Shown here: positions 19,840-28,635 of the stretch, in pieces | How the letters are laid out: the number at the start of each line of letters is the position of its first letter | Numbering within the stretch: position 1 is the stretch's first letter | Source: an uncultured Leptotrichiaceae bacterium | GTDB lineage: Bacteria > Fusobacteriota > Fusobacteriia > Fusobacteriales > Leptotrichiaceae | Length of the DNA stretch: 64,000 bases | Assembly: GCA_963550915.1 (NCBI GenBank) | Contig: CAUVEB010000007.1 | Span: 8,439-72,438, forward strand | Direction: 5' to 3' | The notes under the pieces: generated by a model | Seen by the model: only the letters and a program-made list of their open reading frames with translations | What the model was told of the DNA's origin: nothing | Databases searched by the model: none | Translations under genes and position numbers: made by a program

Positions 19840-20583
19840 ATGTTGTTTTTAGACATTTCAGGTAAAGCAATATTAAATGGGGAATATAAGGAAATAAGAA
19901 AAGAAAAAGATGAATATGTATTTTTAAGCATATCTTCTTATGTAAAGGGAGTTCTATCAGGTCAAAGCAGAAAATTTGATAGAAGTGGTATACTTACTTC
20001 AATAATAACATATGAAAATGGAGTAGAAGTAGACAGAAAAGAAAATGTAAATTCAAGTGGATATTTAGAATATATCGAAGAAGAAGTTACACAAAAAAGA
20101 CACGAAGGTAAATATATACTTTATACAGATGAAGAAGTAAGAATATATGAATATAAAAATGGTAAATTACAAGGTCTATACTACGTTTTTGTTGTAGATA
20201 AGAATAATGATAAGGCTATACTTACTTCAATAGAAAATTATGATGAAGGTTATTTACATGGAATACAAACAAGTTTTAACTCTTTAGGTAAGGCAGTATT
20301 AATTGAAACTTATGAAAATCATAACAATTTAGCTACAAAAACAACTTGGTTTGAATATTATCAAGGTACAACAAACTTAAGAGCTGAAAAAAATTATACA
20401 GGTAATAAAATGAATGGAGTTGTTACTTATTACTATGAAAATGGTGATATAAAAGAACAATTAAATTACAAAAATGGACTTTTACATGGTATAGCTACTA
20501 AATATGATGAAAATGGAAATAAAACAGAAGTTAAATATGAATTTGGTTCACGTGTTTTAATAACAACACCTGACGTATTATAA
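19840..20583 (+). CDS. MORN-variant repeat protein (YwqK-like)
   Basis: Repeated YxNGxxxGxxxxYxxNG units (YKNGKLQGLYYVF, YDEGYLHGIQTSFNSLG, YENGDIKEQLNYKNGLLHGIATKYDENGN); no signal peptide. Confidence 0.7.
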   Translation: MLFLDISGKAILNGEYKEIRKEKDEYVFLSISSYVKGVLSGQSRKFDRSGILTSIITYENGVEVDRKENVNSSGYLEYIEEEVTQKRHEGKYILYTDEEVRIYEYKNGKLQGLYYVFVVDKNNDKAILTSIENYDEGYLHGIQTSFNSLGKAVLIETYENHNNLATKTTWFEYYQGTTNLRAEKNYTGNKMNGVVTYYYENGDIKEQLNYKNGLLHGIATKYDENGNKTEVKYEFGSRVLITTPDVL

Positions 20584-20586
20584 TAT

Positions 20587-20610
20587 AAGCCTACTTAGTA
20601 GGCTTTTTTT
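20587..20610 (+). terminator. intrinsic terminator after the MORN gene
   Basis: 8-bp stem aagcctac/gtaggctt, loop tta, T7. Confidence 0.8.
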
Positions 20611-20740
20611 AAAAATAATAAAAAAATTTTTATAAAACATAAATAATTAAGTTATTTTTCTATGTTTAGTTAAAACAACTTAAAAATAAAAGTTGGGATA
20701 TAAATTAAAGATTCAGTTATTTTTCGAAATAAGGTTTTAA

Positions 20741-20767
20741 GAGGCTAAAAAGCCTCATTTTATTTTG
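20741..20767 (+). terminator. orphan intrinsic terminator (no ORF upstream)
   Basis: gaggct-aaaa-agcctc hairpin followed by attttatttt; 130 nt after the previous terminator. Confidence 0.5.
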
Positions 20768-20785
20768 AATATCAAATTTTTTTTA

Positions 20786-20814
20786 TTGAAAAAATGATAT
20801 GAAAGTGATAATAT
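20786..20814 (+). promoter_or_regulatory. sigma-70-type promoter (TTGAAA-17-TGaTAATAT, extended -10) for the metal-uptake operon
   Basis: Read directly; the ORF track's ATG at 20799 lies inside the spacer. Confidence 0.45.
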
Positions 20815-21422
20815 TTTATGTGAGATTGGTGGTGATTTTTATTAAAACTGAATTAGTAGAACCAGCAAGTTCTAAAAAGGAAAATATACTAGTACTTCTT
20901 TCTATACTATTATTAATTATTTTTGCAGGAATACTTTTAAGATTAACAACAACAAAAAAGACAGCTAAAGAAATAAATAATAATGAGATTATAAGTACAG
21001 AATTAAATACTGTAGAAAATACTATATTCACAGAACTACAAATTTTTGCTCAAGATTTTGATATGATAGTTTCTGAAGACAAAAGTATACCTACGCCAAA
21101 AATATTGGATGAACAAAAGTATTATCCACCTTTTGTAAAAGATGCATCATGGGAAGCTAAAGGTGAGCATAAATGGTATATGTATACTCATCATGATGAT
21201 GTATATTATATTGGTATAAGCTCAAACTATGATATTTCAGGTGATTTTGCACTTGTTATAAATAAAAAAACTAATAATTTTGTTATAAAATATTCAAAAG
21301 AAGACTTAAAAGATATCAAAGAAAATGAAGATGTACATAAGCTTATAGATAAAGTAAATAAAATGAAAAATATAGTAGCATACACAGGAGAAGACTTAAT
21401 AAAAGAAGCGAGGGGAGAATAA
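20799..21422 (+). CDS. hypothetical membrane-anchored extracytoplasmic protein
   Basis: ORF with a single TM helix (ILVLLSILLLIIFAGILLRL) and a soluble domain carrying the His cluster GEHKWYMYTHHDD; stop abuts the SBP gene's GTG. True start is uncertain: in-frame GTG 20820, TTG 20826 and GTG 20829/20832 are alternatives. Confidence 0.5.
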   Translation: MKVIIFYVRLVVIFIKTELVEPASSKKENILVLLSILLLIIFAGILLRLTTTKKTAKEINNNEIISTELNTVENTIFTELQIFAQDFDMIVSEDKSIPTPKILDEQKYYPPFVKDASWEAKGEHKWYMYTHHDDVYYIGISSNYDISGDFALVINKKTNNFVIKYSKEDLKDIKENEDVHKLIDKVNKMKNIVAYTGEDLIKEARGE

Positions 21423-22301
21423 GTGAAAAAATTAATATATCTGATATCTATTTTTATATTTTCAAGTTTAAGTTTTTCAAAATTAACAGTTGGAATAACG
21501 CTAATACCATATTATTCATATGTTACTAATATTGTAGGTGATAAAATGAATGTTTTACCTATAATACCTGAGAATATGGATGTACATTCATATAGACCCA
21601 CTGCACAAGATATAAAGAAACTAGCAAAGGTTGATGTTGTCGTTATAAACGGAATAGGACATGACGAGTTCATAATACCTATGATAGAGGCTGTAAAAAA
21701 ACAAGGAAAAAATATAAAAGTAATTAATGCAAACCAAAGAACAACGACACTAATATCAGCTGGTCAAAAAAAGGCAGGAGTTAAAAATCCTCATACCTTT
21801 ATATCTATAACACAAGCTATACAACAAATAGACTATATTGCAGAAAGTTTAGGGGAATTAGATCCTAAAAATAAGACGTACTATATTAAAAATGCAAGAA
21901 CATATGATAAGAAATTAAGAGAGCTTAAAAGAGCAGAACTTGAAAAGGTAAAAGGTAAAACAAAGAATGTTAAAATAGCAACTACACATGCAGGATATGA
22001 CTATTTATTAGCTGAATTTGGTCTTATAGTAAGTGCAGTTGTAGAACCTGCACATGCACACAATCCTAGTGCTACAGATTTAAAAGATATAATTGATAAA
22101 GTTAATGAAAATAATATTAAAATCCTATTTGATGAAGAAGTTGCAGACCATAAAAATGCAAATTTAATAAAAAATGCAACGGATATAAAAATAGCGTATT
22201 TGTCACATGCAACAAGAGGAAAATATACAAAGGATGCTTTCTATAATTTCATGAAACAAAATTTAGAAAGTGTAACAAAAGCACTAAACGAAGTTAATTA
22301 G
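21423..22301 (+). CDS. metal (Zn/Mn-type) ABC transporter substrate-binding protein, cluster A-I (ZnuA/TroA family)
   Basis: Signal peptide; conserved ligand contexts DVHSY, KNPHTFIS, TTHAGYDYL; GTG start after GAGGGGAG. Confidence 0.85.
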   Translation: MKKLIYLISIFIFSSLSFSKLTVGITLIPYYSYVTNIVGDKMNVLPIIPENMDVHSYRPTAQDIKKLAKVDVVVINGIGHDEFIIPMIEAVKKQGKNIKVINANQRTTTLISAGQKKAGVKNPHTFISITQAIQQIDYIAESLGELDPKNKTYYIKNARTYDKKLRELKRAELEKVKGKTKNVKIATTHAGYDYLLAEFGLIVSAVVEPAHAHNPSATDLKDIIDKVNENNIKILFDEEVADHKNANLIKNATDIKIAYLSHATRGKYTKDAFYNFMKQNLESVTKALNEVN

Positions 22302-22310
22302 GGAGAAATA

Positions 22311-23003
22311 ATGGTAAAAGGAGTTAGTTTAAATATAAGTAACCTTTTTCTTGAGTTAGGAAACACAAAAATATTAGAAAATATAAATATGAATGTAAAA
22401 AAAGGTGAAATACATTGCTTAATAGGACCTAATGGTGGAGGGAAGACTTCACTACTTAGATGTTTATTAGGTCAAGTACCATACAAGGGTAGTATAAATA
22501 TTGAATATGAAGATGATAAAATTTTTGGATATGTTCCACAATTTTTAGATTTTGAAAGAACATTACCTATAACTGTTGAAGATTTTTTATCTATTTGTTT
22601 TCAAAAAAAACCTTGTTTTTTAGGGATTGCTAATAATAAAAAAGAATATATAAATAATATATTAGAAGAAGTAGGATTATCTAATAAAAGAAAAAGATTA
22701 TTAGGTAATTTATCGGGTGGAGAACTTCAAAGATTACTTTTAGCACAAGCTATAAATCCAAGACCAAATCTTTTAATACTTGATGAACCTTTTGCAGGTA
22801 TTGATAGTGTTGGAGAGGCATATTTTATAGATGTAATAAAAAAACTAAATAGCGAAGGTATAACAATATTATGGATACACCATAATATAAAGCAAGTAAA
22901 GGAAATAGCAGACAGTGTTACTTGTATAAAGAAAACTATACAATTTTCAGGAGACCCAAAAGTAGAATTAACAGATGACAAGATACTAGATATCTACATT
23001 TAA
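22311..23003 (+). CDS. metal ABC transporter ATP-binding protein (ZnuC-like)
   Basis: Walker A GPNGGGKTS, signature LSGGELQR, Walker B LLILDEP. Confidence 0.9.
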   Translation: MVKGVSLNISNLFLELGNTKILENINMNVKKGEIHCLIGPNGGGKTSLLRCLLGQVPYKGSINIEYEDDKIFGYVPQFLDFERTLPITVEDFLSICFQKKPCFLGIANNKKEYINNILEEVGLSNKRKRLLGNLSGGELQRLLLAQAINPRPNLLILDEPFAGIDSVGEAYFIDVIKKLNSEGITILWIHHNIKQVKEIADSVTCIKKTIQFSGDPKVELTDDKILDIYI

Positions 23004-23012
23004 AGGAGTAAT

Positions 23013-23918
23013 ATGTTTACATATACGTTAGATATAATTAGAAACTTTTTTATGAATTTAGCAAATCAAGGTATACTTCCTGATTATTTCAGGTATGCCT
23101 TTGTTATAAATTCACTTATTTCAGCACTATTTGTAGGACCTATATTAGGTGGGCTTGGTACTATGGTTGTAACAAAAAGAATGGCTTTTTTTTCAGAATC
23201 AATAGGACACGCAGCACTTACAGGTATAGCACTTGGTGTCTTATTTGGTGAGCCTTATGATTCACCATATATTATGCTATTTACTTACTGTATAATATTT
23301 GGAATATTAATAAATTACACTAGAAATAGAACTAAAATGTCATCAGACACTTTAATTGGAATATTTTTATCAATTTCAATAGCACTAGGTGGTAGTTTAA
23401 TAATACTTGTATCATCAAAAGTAAATGCACATATGTTAGAAAGTGTTTTATTTGGTTCGATTTTAACAGTTTCAGATAAGGACTTATTTGTTCTATTTAT
23501 TACAACAGTATTACTTCTTATTATAGTTATTCCTAATTTTAATAAAATGTTGTTATCAAGTTTTAATAGTAATATTGCGGTAGTAAAAGGTGTTAAAGTA
23601 AAATTAATTGAGTATTTATTTATCCTCCTTATAACAATAGTTACGGTATCATCAATAAAAATAGTTGGTGCATCACTTGTAGAAGCCCTATTTTTAATAC
23701 CGGCAGCATCTGCAAAAAATTTATCAAAATCAATTAAAAGTTTTTTCTTTTATAGTATATTTTTTGCATTAGTTAGTTGTATTTTAGGAATATTACTTCC
23801 TTTATACTTTGATATAACTATACCGTCAGGCGGAGCTATAATATTAGTTGCATCAGTGATTTTCTTTATAACTGTAATAATAAAAAATATAAGTAGAAGA
23901 TTTGTAGAAGGGATTTAA
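23013..23918 (+). CDS. metal ABC transporter permease (ABC-3 / ZnuB-like)
   Basis: 301-aa ORF with 8-9 TM helices; FFSESIGHAALTG motif typical of the ABC-3 family; follows the ATPase. Confidence 0.85.
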   Translation: MFTYTLDIIRNFFMNLANQGILPDYFRYAFVINSLISALFVGPILGGLGTMVVTKRMAFFSESIGHAALTGIALGVLFGEPYDSPYIMLFTYCIIFGILINYTRNRTKMSSDTLIGIFLSISIALGGSLIILVSSKVNAHMLESVLFGSILTVSDKDLFVLFITTVLLLIIVIPNFNKMLLSSFNSNIAVVKGVKVKLIEYLFILLITIVTVSSIKIVGASLVEALFLIPAASAKNLSKSIKSFFFYSIFFALVSCILGILLPLYFDITIPSGGAIILVASVIFFITVIIKNISRRFVEGI

Positions 23919-23920
23919 AT

Positions 23921-24802
23921 ATGAAAAAAAATATAATATTTATATACATAATTTTTATGTCTTTTGTATCATTTTCAAAGACAGTTTTAACAAATACACA
24001 GGCAACATATACATTAACTTCTATGCTAGCTGAAAATACAGATATTAAAGTAAAATCATTATTTGAAACAAGTGCAAGTATGAGCTATGATCAAATACAA
24101 ACTTTAAAATCTATTCCTAAAGAAAGCTATAATGATGTTGTTGCAGTTGTTGATCTTCAAAGAGTATGGATATATGATTCACTTTTTGAGTTTGCAAGAA
24201 GAGAAAATATAAAGGTTATTGAAATAGATGCAAGTTATTCATATCAAGATAATACAAGTTTATCTCTTTTAATAAATAATTATCATAAGGGAGAAAATGT
24301 AGGACAAACAAATCCTTATGTTTGGCTTGATCTTGGAGATGCAAATAAAATGACACAAATTATAGCACACGACCTTATAAGATTATTCCCTGAAAATAAG
24401 GATGTTATTAATAAAAATTTAGAAAAAACACTTAATATATTAGAAAAATTAGCAGAAGAATATAATAGTCTTGATAATATTGATGGTGTTATAGTACTTT
24501 CTGAAAACTTAAATTATCTAATAACTTATTTAAATATTTTTAGTGAGTATGTTAATATAAATGATTTAAGTGTATCAAATATAAAGAAAATAATGAAACA
24601 AACAGATCTAAAAGTTTTTGTATCTGATAAAGGTATAAAAAAAGAAATAGTAGAAGAAATAAAGAGAAATAAAGGTACAGTTTTAATCTTAAAAACAGGT
24701 AATTTACCTGTTGAAGATGAAGATGATGAAGATCTTATGGCAAAAGATGGTTTAATACAAATATATAAAGATAATTTAAATAAACTTAAAAAAATTAAAT
24801 AG
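23921..24802 (+). CDS. ZnuA-fold paralogue lacking the canonical metal ligands
   Basis: Signal peptide; collinear with the 21423 SBP (NPYVWLDLGDANKM..IAHDL..FPENK vs NPHTFISITQAIQQ..IAESL..DPKNK). All three His positions are substituted (M, Y, S); acidic insert VEDEDDEDL. Confidence 0.6.
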   Translation: MKKNIIFIYIIFMSFVSFSKTVLTNTQATYTLTSMLAENTDIKVKSLFETSASMSYDQIQTLKSIPKESYNDVVAVVDLQRVWIYDSLFEFARRENIKVIEIDASYSYQDNTSLSLLINNYHKGENVGQTNPYVWLDLGDANKMTQIIAHDLIRLFPENKDVINKNLEKTLNILEKLAEEYNSLDNIDGVIVLSENLNYLITYLNIFSEYVNINDLSVSNIKKIMKQTDLKVFVSDKGIKKEIVEEIKRNKGTVLILKTGNLPVEDEDDEDLMAKDGLIQIYKDNLNKLKKIK

Positions 24803-24819
24803 TTAGAAAAGGGGAACAA

Positions 24820-25242
24820 ATGAAGAAAATTATATTATTACTATTTAGTATGCTTACAGTTTTTACTGTATACGCACATGATCCAATTTTAACAGTTGAA
24901 GATTTAAAAGATGGAACAATTTTAATTCAAGGTGGATTTTCAAATGGAGAGTCAGCAGAAGGTGTTGATTTATACATATTAAAAGATAAACCTTATGACG
25001 GAGAAGAAGAAACTTTTGAAGGTAAATTAATACTTTTTAAAACTGAATTTGATAGTACAAATGAAATAGAAATTGTAAAACCAAGAACTGCAAAGTATGT
25101 TATAGTTTTTGATGCAGGACCAGGTCATATAAAGGAAGTTAAAGGTCCTAAATTAACAAAAGAAGAAATGGAAAATTGGGAAAAATTAATAAAAAAAGAT
25201 AAGATGCTTAAAGACTTTTATAAAAAAATGACTGAAAAATAA
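24820..25242 (+). CDS. small secreted protein with predicted mature N-terminal His
   Basis: 140 aa; signal peptide with predicted cleavage VYA|HDP; beta-rich core; Lys-rich C-terminal helix; SD AAGGGGA; last gene before the terminator. Confidence 0.6.
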   Translation: MKKIILLLFSMLTVFTVYAHDPILTVEDLKDGTILIQGGFSNGESAEGVDLYILKDKPYDGEEETFEGKLILFKTEFDSTNEIEIVKPRTAKYVIVFDAGPGHIKEVKGPKLTKEEMENWEKLIKKDKMLKDFYKKMTEK

Positions 25243-25254
25243 AAAATATGTTAA

Positions 25255-25282
25255 ATACTGTATGAAATATACAGTATTTTTT
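25255..25282 (+). terminator. intrinsic terminator ending the metal-uptake operon
   Basis: Perfect 9-bp stem atactgtat/atacagtat, 5-nt loop, T5. Confidence 0.8.
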
Positions 25283-25353
25283 AATTAATAGTAGAAAAAA
25301 AACAGCAAATATAATATAATTATTACATAATAAATGTAGGTTAAAGGAGAAAA

Positions 25354-26052
25354 ATGGAAAAAATCATAGGAATAAATCCTACAATTGAAGCATTAAAATC
25401 TAATAAGAATATAGAAAAGTTAGAAATATTTAGTGGCATAAAAAAAGAGGCTATAAAAGATATTTTAAAACTTGCCAGTAGTAAAAATATTAAGATATTT
25501 TATACAAATAAAAGAGAAAACAATACACAAGGTGTTGTAGCGTATATAACAGAGTATGATTACTATGTTACAGCTGAAGAACTTCTTGAAAAAGAACTTC
25601 AAAAAGAAAAATCTATTTTAGTTATTTTAGACCAAATACAAGATTCAAGAAATTTTGGGGCTATTATAAGATCATGTGAATGTTTTGGTGTAGCTGGAAT
25701 AATAATACAAAATAGAAATAATGTTAAAGTAACAGATACAGTTGTTAAAGCATCAGTTGGTGCAATTGAATATGTTGATATAGCACAAGTAACAAATATA
25801 TCAGATACTATAGATAAACTTAAAAAATATGGATATTTTGTGTATAGTACACAAGCAGACGGACAGTACCACTATCAACAAGTAGAATATCCAAACAAAG
25901 TTGCAATAGTTCTTGGTAATGAAGGTAACGGAATTAGAAAAAAAGTAAGAGAACATTGTGATACAAGCCTGAAAATACATTTAAACGGTAAAATAAACTC
26001 ACTTAATGTATCAGTTGCTTGTGGAATATTACTTGCAAAAATTAGTGAATAA
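25354..26052 (+). CDS. rlmB: TrmH/SpoU-family 23S rRNA 2'-O-ribose methyltransferase (RlmB-like)
   Basis: N-terminal substrate-binding segment GINPTIEAL; SPOUT motifs LDQIQDSRNFGAIIRS, VLGNEGNGI, SLNVSVACGILL. Confidence 0.8.
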   Translation: MEKIIGINPTIEALKSNKNIEKLEIFSGIKKEAIKDILKLASSKNIKIFYTNKRENNTQGVVAYITEYDYYVTAEELLEKELQKEKSILVILDQIQDSRNFGAIIRSCECFGVAGIIIQNRNNVKVTDTVVKASVGAIEYVDIAQVTNISDTIDKLKKYGYFVYSTQADGQYHYQQVEYPNKVAIVLGNEGNGIRKKVREHCDTSLKIHLNGKINSLNVSVACGILLAKISE

Positions 26053-26065
26053 AAGGTGGAAAGTT

Positions 26066-28630
26066 ATGAATGAATATAATTTTAGTGATATAGAGAGAAA
26101 ATGGCAGAAGATATGGAAAGATAAAAACATATTTAAGACATATAATAAAGTTGAAAATAAACAAAATTATTATGTTTTAGAAATGTTTGCTTATCCTTCA
26201 GGTAAACTTCATGTAGGACATTTAAGAAACTATACAATAGGAGATGCAATTGCAAGATACAAAAAAATGAAAGGTTTTAATGTATTACATCCTTTTGGTT
26301 GGGATAGTTTTGGGCTTCCTGCTGAAAATGCTGCAATTGATAATGGAGTTCATCCTGAAAAATGGACTAGTTTAAATATAGAAAATATGAAAAAGCAATT
26401 ACAACTTATGGGTATATCTCATGATTGGGATAGAGCAATTGCAACATATAAACCTGATTACTATAAATTTAATCAAAAATTCTTTATTGAAATGTATAAA
26501 AAAGGTTTAGTTTATAAAAATAAATCATATGTAAACTGGTGTCCTGATTGTAATACTGTACTTGCAAATGAACAAGTAGAGCAAGGTAAATGTTGGAGAC
26601 ATGGTAAAACTGACGTTATACAAAAAGAATTAGAACAATGGTATTTAAAAATAACAGACTATTCACAAGAGCTTTTAGATGGTCATGAACTATTAAAAGA
26701 AGGTTGGCCTCAAGAAGTAATTGCAATGCAAAAGAACTGGATAGGTAGATCTAAAGGTACAAGAATAGATTTTGAAGTTTTAGGTATAGATGAAAAAGTA
26801 GAAGTATTTACAACAAGACCTGATACAATATGTGGAGTTACATATTTTGTAGTAGCACCAGAACATCCTATAGTTGAAAAATATGTATTGAAAAATAAGC
26901 CTGAATTAAAAGATATAGTAGACCAAATGATAAATGAGGATAGTATATCAAGAGAAGCAGAAGACAAAGAAAAAATAGGTGTATTTACAGGATTATATGG
27001 TAAAAACCCTATAACAGGTGACAAAATAGAAATATGGATAGCAAATTATGTACTTATGAATTATGGTACAGGTGCTGTTATGGCAGTTCCAGCTCATGAT
27101 AAGAGAGATTATGATTTTGCTAAAAAATATAATTTAGCTATAAAACAAGTAATAAGTGGTGGAGAATTACCTTATTTAGAAAAAGGAGAATTAATAAATT
27201 CTGATAAATTCACAGGACTTGATAGTGAAAAAGCTAAAAAAATTATTACAGAACACTTAAAAGAACAAGGTATAGGTGGATATAAGGTAAATTATAGACT
27301 ACACGATTGGCTTATAAGTCGTCAAAGATATTGGGGAACTCCAATACCTGTAATATATGATGAAAACAATGAAGTAATACTTGAAAAAGAAGAAAATTTA
27401 CCTGTTAAACTACCACTTGATATTGAATTTAGTGGTAAAGGAAACCCACTTGAAACATCAAAAGAATTTAAGTTTGTTGATTTAGGTAACGGTAAAATAG
27501 GTAGAAGAGAAACAGATACAATGGATACCTTTGTTGATTCTTCATGGTATTATTTAAGATATACTGATGCATTAAATAATGAAAAAGCTTTTGATAGCGA
27601 TATTGTAAATGCTTGGACACCTGTAGACCAATATATAGGTGGAATAGAACATGCAGTTATGCATTTACTTTATTCAAGATTTTTTCATAAAGCATTAAGA
27701 GATTTAGGATATGTAAATTCTGATGAACCATTTAAAAGACTTTTAACACAAGGAATGGTTTTAGGTAATTCATATTACTCAAAAGATGAAAGAAGATACC
27801 TATTTTCAAAAGAAGTAAAATGGGAAAATAATAAGGCATACAGTAAGGCAAGTGGTGAAGAACTAGTTGTTAAAATGGAAAAAATGAGTAAGTCTAAAAA
27901 TAATGGTGAAGATCCTGCACAAATTGTAGAAAAATATGGTGCAGATGCAGCAAGATTATTTGTCTTATTTGCAGCTCCACCTGAAAAAGAATTAGAATGG
28001 AATGAAAATGGACTTGGTGGTGCATATAGATTTATAAACAGAATATTCCTTCTAATAAACGAAACAGCTTATTTTATTGATAAATCAGCTATTGTTTTAT
28101 CTAATAGAACAAAACAAGATGAAAAATTACAAATAAAATTACATAAGACAATCAAAAAAGTAACTCAAAGTATGGAAGATAATTTCCACTTTAACACAGC
28201 AATAGCATCTCTTATGGAATTATTAAACGATATGACTACATATAGACAAGAAGTTATTGATAAAGCTAATTTTGGAAGTGAATCTAAGAAAATATGGTAT
28301 GAAGTGTTATATAATGTAAGTCTTATGATAGCTCCATTTGTGCCTCATATAGCAGATGAAATGCTAGAAGTATTAAAAGTTGATAAAACATCATTTGAGC
28401 TTGACTATCCTATTTATGAAGAAGAACTAACAAAGGATACAAGTATTACATTAGTTATACAAGTTAATGGTAAATTAAGAGATAATATAACAGTTGATAT
28501 TGATTTAGATAATGAAAAAGTAAATGAAATAGCATTATCACAAGAAAAGGTTAAATCATATATAGACGGTAAGGAAATAGTTAAAATAATTAATGTAAAA
28601 AATAAATTGGTAAATATAGTTATTAAGTAA
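26066..28630 (+). CDS. leuS: leucine--tRNA ligase
   Basis: Class I motifs (PYPSGKLHVGH, KMSKSKNN); CP1 editing domain; ATG 26066 follows AAAGGTGGA. The ORF track's extension from 26006 overlaps rlmB and is unlikely. Confidence 0.97.
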   Translation: MNEYNFSDIERKWQKIWKDKNIFKTYNKVENKQNYYVLEMFAYPSGKLHVGHLRNYTIGDAIARYKKMKGFNVLHPFGWDSFGLPAENAAIDNGVHPEKWTSLNIENMKKQLQLMGISHDWDRAIATYKPDYYKFNQKFFIEMYKKGLVYKNKSYVNWCPDCNTVLANEQVEQGKCWRHGKTDVIQKELEQWYLKITDYSQELLDGHELLKEGWPQEVIAMQKNWIGRSKGTRIDFEVLGIDEKVEVFTTRPDTICGVTYFVVAPEHPIVEKYVLKNKPELKDIVDQMINEDSISREAEDKEKIGVFTGLYGKNPITGDKIEIWIANYVLMNYGTGAVMAVPAHDKRDYDFAKKYNLAIKQVISGGELPYLEKGELINSDKFTGLDSEKAKKIITEHLKEQGIGGYKVNYRLHDWLISRQRYWGTPIPVIYDENNEVILEKEENLPVKLPLDIEFSGKGNPLETSKEFKFVDLGNGKIGRRETDTMDTFVDSSWYYLRYTDALNNEKAFDSDIVNAWTPVDQYIGGIEHAVMHLLYSRFFHKALRDLGYVNSDEPFKRLLTQGMVLGNSYYSKDERRYLFSKEVKWENNKAYSKASGEELVVKMEKMSKSKNNGEDPAQIVEKYGADAARLFVLFAAPPEKELEWNENGLGGAYRFINRIFLLINETAYFIDKSAIVLSNRTKQDEKLQIKLHKTIKKVTQSMEDNFHFNTAIASLMELLNDMTTYRQEVIDKANFGSESKKIWYEVLYNVSLMIAPFVPHIADEMLEVLKVDKTSFELDYPIYEEELTKDTSITLVIQVNGKLRDNITVDIDLDNEKVNEIALSQEKVKSYIDGKEIVKIINVKNKLVNIVIK

Positions 28631-28635
28631 TTTTA

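Noticed and set aside
26006-26065. N-terminal extensions offered by the ORF track for leuS; similar cases at ackA 57499, spoVG 55289, ffh 48491, the nucleotidase 15812, the LDT 42264, manC 28676 and murG 4712
   Set aside because: In each case an internal ATG with a good SD coincides with the conserved family N-terminus. The extensions overlap upstream genes or are hydrophobic or non-conserved.
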